Shown here: piece by piece, positions 60,152 to 64,000 of the stretch | Layout of the letters: every line of letters starts with the position of its first letter | Numbering within the stretch: position 1 is the first letter of the stretch | Origin: Gammaproteobacteria bacterium | GTDB taxonomy: Bacteria > Pseudomonadota > Gammaproteobacteria > Ga0077536 | Length of the DNA stretch: 64,000 nucleotides | Direction of reading: 5' to 3' | Assembly: GCA_963662545.2 (NCBI GenBank) | Contig: CAXXLL010000003.1 | Span: 2,176,001-2,240,000 of the forward strand | Notes under the pieces: generated by a model | What the model was told of the DNA's origin: nothing | Seen by the model: only the letters and a program-made list of their open reading frames with translations | Database searches by the model: none | Made by a program: the position numbers and the translations under genes

Positions 60152-61375
60152 GTGTTAATCGAAGTGAAGGTACCTGTACTCGCCGAGTCCGTACCAGACG
60201 CCACCTTGCTGGACTGGTTCAAGCAGGTCGGTGAGCGTGTGGAGCGCGGCGATAACCTGATCGATCTCGAAACCGACAAGGTAACTCTGGAGATCGCTGC
60301 GCCGGAATCGGGCGTCATCAAAGAACTCCGCAAGCAAACCGGCGATATCGTGCTGGAAGACGAAGTGCTCGCAGTGATCGACACCGAGGGCACAGCCTCG
60401 GCGAATGCGGATGCCCTGGTGGCGGCAGCGGTAGCGCCGGCATCGCAGGTGGCGGCGCCTGCTACCCAGTCCGTCGAGAAACTCGGCCCGGCAGTGCGCA
60501 AGCTGATCGAGGAGCATGGCCTCGATGCGAGCCGTATCGAAGCGACCGGCAAGGGCGGCCGCCTGCTGAAGGCCGACGTCTTGGCCTATCTCGAAAAGGG
60601 GAGCGAAGCTGCGAAGGCGGATGTCATCAAAGCCACGCCGCATGTGCAGGAACGCCCCACAGCGATCGACACGAGCCGTGTCGAGGAGCGCGTACCGATG
60701 ACGCGTTTGCGCAAACGCACGGCCGAGAGGCTGCTTTCCGCACAACACGAAAGTGCGCTGCTGACTACCTTCAACGAAGTCAACATGCACCCCGTGATGG
60801 ATCTTCGCAACCGCTTCAAGGTGGAATTCGAGGAGCGCTTCGGCGTGCGCCTCGGATTTATGTCTTTCTTCGTGAAAGCGGCTGTCGAGGCATTGAAGAA
60901 ATTTCCGATCGTGAACGCCTCCGTTGACGGCGACGACATCTTGTATCGCGGCTATTTCGACATCGGCGTGGCCGTGGGTTCGAAGCGCGGTCTGGTCGTT
61001 CCCATTCTCCGCGAAGTCGACCGCATGACATTTGCCGAGGTCGAACGCAAGATCCGCGATTTCGGCGAGCGGGCGCGGGATGGCAAGCTGACGATCGACG
61101 AGTTGACGGGCGGTACTTTTACCATCAGCAACGGCGGCGTCTACGGCTCTCTGATATCGACCCCGATCATCAATCCGCCGCAGAGCGCGATACTCGGCAT
61201 GCACAAGATTCAGCCACGCCCGGTTGCGGAAAATGATGAAGTCGTGATCCGGCCGATGATGTATCTCGCCGTCTCCTACGATCACCGCATCATCGATGGA
61301 CGCGAAGCGGTGCAGTTCCTCGATACGATTCGCCGCACGCTCGAAGATCCGGCACGGATGCTACTGGAAATATAG
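60152..61375 (+). CDS. sucB: dihydrolipoyl succinyltransferase E2
   Basis: Lipoyl ETDKV, E3-binding domain, [18 protein letters not shown]. Confidence 0.98.
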   Translation: MLIEVKVPVLAESVPDATLLDWFKQVGERVERGDNLIDLETDKVTLEIAAPESGVIKELRKQTGDIVLEDEVLAVIDTEGTASANADALVAAAVAPASQVAAPATQSVEKLGPAVRKLIEEHGLDASRIEATGKGGRLLKADVLAYLEKGSEAAKADVIKATPHVQERPTAIDTSRVEERVPMTRLRKRTAERLLSAQHESALLTTFNEVNMHPVMDLRNRFKVEFEERFGVRLGFMSFFVKAAVEALKKFPIVNASVDGDDILYRGYFDIGVAVGSKRGLVVPILREVDRMTFAEVERKIRDFGERARDGKLTIDELTGGTFTISNGGVYGSLISTPIINPPQSAILGMHKIQPRPVAENDEVVIRPMMYLAVSYDHRIIDGREAVQFLDTIRRTLEDPARMLLEI

Positions 61376-61387
61376 GACGCCTCATCA

Positions 61388-61620
61388 AGTGCGCTGTCCC
61401 GCAATAAAACTTCATAATTCGCTGGTCCTCGCACCGCGCTGCGGCGTTACTCGTCGTTGCCGTATTGCGGATGCCGTCCATGGCATCCACCCTTCGGGCC
61501 CGCCTTCGGCGGTCCAAATACGTTCCCGACGAATTTGTCCCGATACGACGCCTCCTCGCGCCTTGCATCGCGGCACGAGTCCTGCGCGACTTATCGAAGT
61601 TTATTACGGGACAGCACACT
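61388..61620. mobile_element. MITE-like long hairpin element with a nested family A insertion (61467-61538)
   Basis: Terminal IRs AGTG(C/T)GCTGTCCCG(C/T)AATAAA; internal dyad symmetry; ends 6 nt upstream of the lpdA ATG. Confidence 0.8.
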
Positions 61621-61626
61621 AGGATC

Positions 61627-63039
61627 ATGGACAAATACGATGTCATCGTAATCGGCGGTGGACCGGGCGGTTATGTTGCAGCCATCCGCGCCGCCCAGCT
61701 CGGATTCAACACCGCTTGCGTAGAGCGGTGGCTCGGCGATTCGAGCAAACCGGTTCTGGGGGGAACGTGCCTGAACGTCGGATGTATTCCATCCAAGGCG
61801 CTACTCGACTCGTCGCATCACTTCGAATTTCTCCAACTGCATGCTGCGGAGCACGGCATCATCGCCGAGGCCTCCATCGACGTCGCATCGATGCAGACTC
61901 GCAAGGACAAAATCGTCGGCACCTTGACGCAGGGTATCGCCGGACTGTTCAAAAAGAACAAGGTCACCTGGCTCAAGGGATCCGGCAGTTTCAAAACGGC
62001 CGACCAGATCGAAGTCGCGGACCGTGGCGGAAAACGGGTGACAGTATCCGCGCAGCATATCGTCGTCGCCACGGGATCCGTGCCTGCGGCGATCCCGCCC
62101 GCGCCGATTGATCAGACACTCATTGTTGATTCCACGGGGGCACTGGCGTTCGACGAGGTCCCGAAACAGCTCGGTGTCATCGGCGCCGGCGTCATCGGAC
62201 TCGAGCTCGGCAGCGTCTGGCGCCGCCTCGGCTCCGAAGTCGTGATCCTGGAGGCCCTCGACGAGTTTCTCGGGACCGCCGATGTGACGATCGCGAAAGA
62301 GTCGCTCAAGATCCTCAAGCGTCAGGGGCTCGACATCCGCCTCGGCGCCAAGGTGACCGAAGCCAAGGTCCAGCGCGGACGCGTCAACGTGCGGTTTGAG
62401 GCCGGCGGTGAAGAGCAGACCTGCAAATTCGACAAGTTGATCGTCGCGGTCGGGCGCCAGCCCAATACCGAGGGGCTGGCGCTGGAAAACGTCGGTCTCG
62501 AGATCGACGGACGCGGCTTCATCGTCGTCGACTCGCACTGTCATACCGGAGTCGGAAACATTTACGCCATCGGTGATTGCGTGCGCGGACCGATGCTCGC
62601 CCACAAGGCGAGCGAGGAAGGCATTGCGGTCGCCGAACGCATCGCCGGACAAAAGCCCCATGTCGATCTCGACGTAATTCCGTGGGTCATCTACACCTGG
62701 CCTGAGATCGCCTGGGCGGGACACTCCGAGCAAGATCTCAAGGCTGCCGGCCGCGCGATCCGGGTCGGTAGCTTTCCTTTCCTCGCGAGCGGCCGGGCAC
62801 GGGCCATGGGTGACACAGAGGGCCTCGTCAAGATCATCGCGGACGCCGCATCCGACGCCATTCTCGGGGTCCACATCGTCGGTCCGAACGCCTCAGAGCT
62901 CATCGCCGAGGCGGTGTTGGCGATGGAGTTCGGCGCCAGCGCCGAAGATATCGCCCGCACGGTACACGGTCATCCAACTCTCGCGGAATCGATGCACGAG
63001 GCCGCGCTGGCGGTCGACGGACGTACCATTCACTACTAG
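61627..63039 (+). CDS. lpdA: dihydrolipoamide dehydrogenase E3
   Basis: GGGPGGYVAAIRAAQLG, GGTCLNVGCIPSKAL, GAGVIGLE, MLAHKASEEG, HPTLAE. Confidence 0.98.
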   Translation: MDKYDVIVIGGGPGGYVAAIRAAQLGFNTACVERWLGDSSKPVLGGTCLNVGCIPSKALLDSSHHFEFLQLHAAEHGIIAEASIDVASMQTRKDKIVGTLTQGIAGLFKKNKVTWLKGSGSFKTADQIEVADRGGKRVTVSAQHIVVATGSVPAAIPPAPIDQTLIVDSTGALAFDEVPKQLGVIGAGVIGLELGSVWRRLGSEVVILEALDEFLGTADVTIAKESLKILKRQGLDIRLGAKVTEAKVQRGRVNVRFEAGGEEQTCKFDKLIVAVGRQPNTEGLALENVGLEIDGRGFIVVDSHCHTGVGNIYAIGDCVRGPMLAHKASEEGIAVAERIAGQKPHVDLDVIPWVIYTWPEIAWAGHSEQDLKAAGRAIRVGSFPFLASGRARAMGDTEGLVKIIADAASDAILGVHIVGPNASELIAEAVLAMEFGASAEDIARTVHGHPTLAESMHEAALAVDGRTIHY

Positions 63040-63166
63040 AACTGATCGTCTCTACCGGAACCTATCTCCTCACGTCTGCCAAGACGTGTGCTGTGCTTGC
63101 AAAATGGTGCACTGCAACGTAGATTAATGTGATGGACCGCTCGGGTCGGGTCTGAAGGAGACCGTG

Positions 63167-64000
63167 ATGCAAGACGCCGTTATCGTCGCCGCACTGCGCA
63201 CGCCGATCGGGACTTTCGGGGGTTCACTGGCGAATGTTCCCGCCCACGAACTGGGGGCCTGCGTCATACGCGCCCTGATCGATAAAACCGGCATCCGGCC
63301 CGCTGCGGTAGACGAAGTCATCATGGGTCAGGTACTGACCGCCGGCGCAGGGCAGAATCCAGCCCGTCAAGCCGCCCTGGCAGCAGGTCTGCCGCACACC
63401 ACACCCGCGCTGACGATCAACAAAGTCTGCGGCAGCGGTCTCAAGGCCGTGCATCTCGCCGCCCAGGCCGTGCGCTGCGGAGACGCCGACATCATCATCG
63501 CCGGTGGTCAGGAAAACATGAGTGTGGCGCCGCACGTATTGCCGAAGTCCCGCAGCGGCCAGAAGATGGGGGACTGGAAGTTGCTCGACTCGATGATCAT
63601 CGATGGTCTATGGGATGCGTTCAACGATTACCACATGGGCATTACGGCCGAGAACGTCGCCGAGAAATTTGCGGTTAGCCGCTCGGATCAGGATGAATTC
63701 GCCGCGCAAACCCAGCAAAAGACGGCTGCGGCTCAGGCGGAGAACCGTTTTGCGGGCGAGATCGTCGAAGTGGAAATTCCGCAGCGCAAGGGCGACCCCA
63801 TCGTTTTCGCGCGCGACGAATTTCCGCGCGCCGAATCGACGGCCGAGAGCCTCGCGAAACTCCGCGCTGCCTTCAAACCGAACGGCGTGGTGACCGCCGG
63901 CAATGCGTCAGGCATCAACGACGGGGCGGCCGCTGTCGTCGTCATGTCGCGGGAAAAAGCGACGGAATTGGGACTCAAGCTCATGGCAACGATCAAGGCC
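63167..64000 (+). CDS. acetyl-CoA C-acetyltransferase (thiolase), truncated by the window end
   Basis: MQDAVIVAALRTPIGTFGGSL, GQNPARQA, NKVCGSGLKA, GGQENMS, TAGNASGINDGAAA; AAGGAG RBS. Confidence 0.95.
   Translation, partial: MQDAVIVAALRTPIGTFGGSLANVPAHELGACVIRALIDKTGIRPAAVDEVIMGQVLTAGAGQNPARQAALAAGLPHTTPALTINKVCGSGLKAVHLAAQAVRCGDADIIIAGGQENMSVAPHVLPKSRSGQKMGDWKLLDSMIIDGLWDAFNDYHMGITAENVAEKFAVSRSDQDEFAAQTQQKTAAAQAENRFAGEIVEVEIPQRKGDPIVFARDEFPRAESTAESLAKLRAAFKPNGVVTAGNASGINDGAAAVVVMSREKATELGLKLMATIKA

Noticed and set aside
61465-61626. 54-aa N-terminal extension of LpdA in the ORF track
   Set aside because: It is read through the MITE; the conserved LpdA start is MDKYDVIVIG at 61627

Overview
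GC-rich proteobacterial (Gammaproteobacteria-like) chromosome segment with two parts. (1) Positions 1-51519 are the right-hand portion of a decayed composite genomic island. It has two CP4-57/phage-satellite-like replication modules: at 1-6 kb DUF932, HTH, frameshifted Toprim and a P-loop helicase; at 46-51.4 kb alpA, Toprim primase and YfjI/DUF3987. It ends at an att-like tmRNA/tRNA 3' fragment (TCGGCTCCACCA, 51508-51519). Between the modules lie many insertion sequences (IS630, 2x IS6, several IS3, IS21 x2 plus a partial copy, IS1380, IS256, 2 IS91/ISCR remnants, a RAYT stub), defence-like leftovers (hsdS tail plus a coupled orphan gene, a Ser/Thr kinase with a Zn ribbon) and catabolic cargo (6-oxocamphor-hydrolase-like crotonase, amidohydrolases, amidase, PuuE, MetE-like, LLM, cupins). 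(2) Positions 51561-64000 look like host backbone: a three-subunit thiocyanate-hydrolase-like nitrile hydratase, a DARS2-like DnaA-box/IHF cluster, rppH-mdh-gltA, sucAB-lpdA and a thiolase. The most unusual signal is a family of eight 71-76 nt multi-hairpin micro-insertions with no target duplication. They riddle the IS91 remnants, nest inside each other and sit in a MITE in the sucB-lpdA spacer. All calls were made by eye from motifs; no database searches were run.
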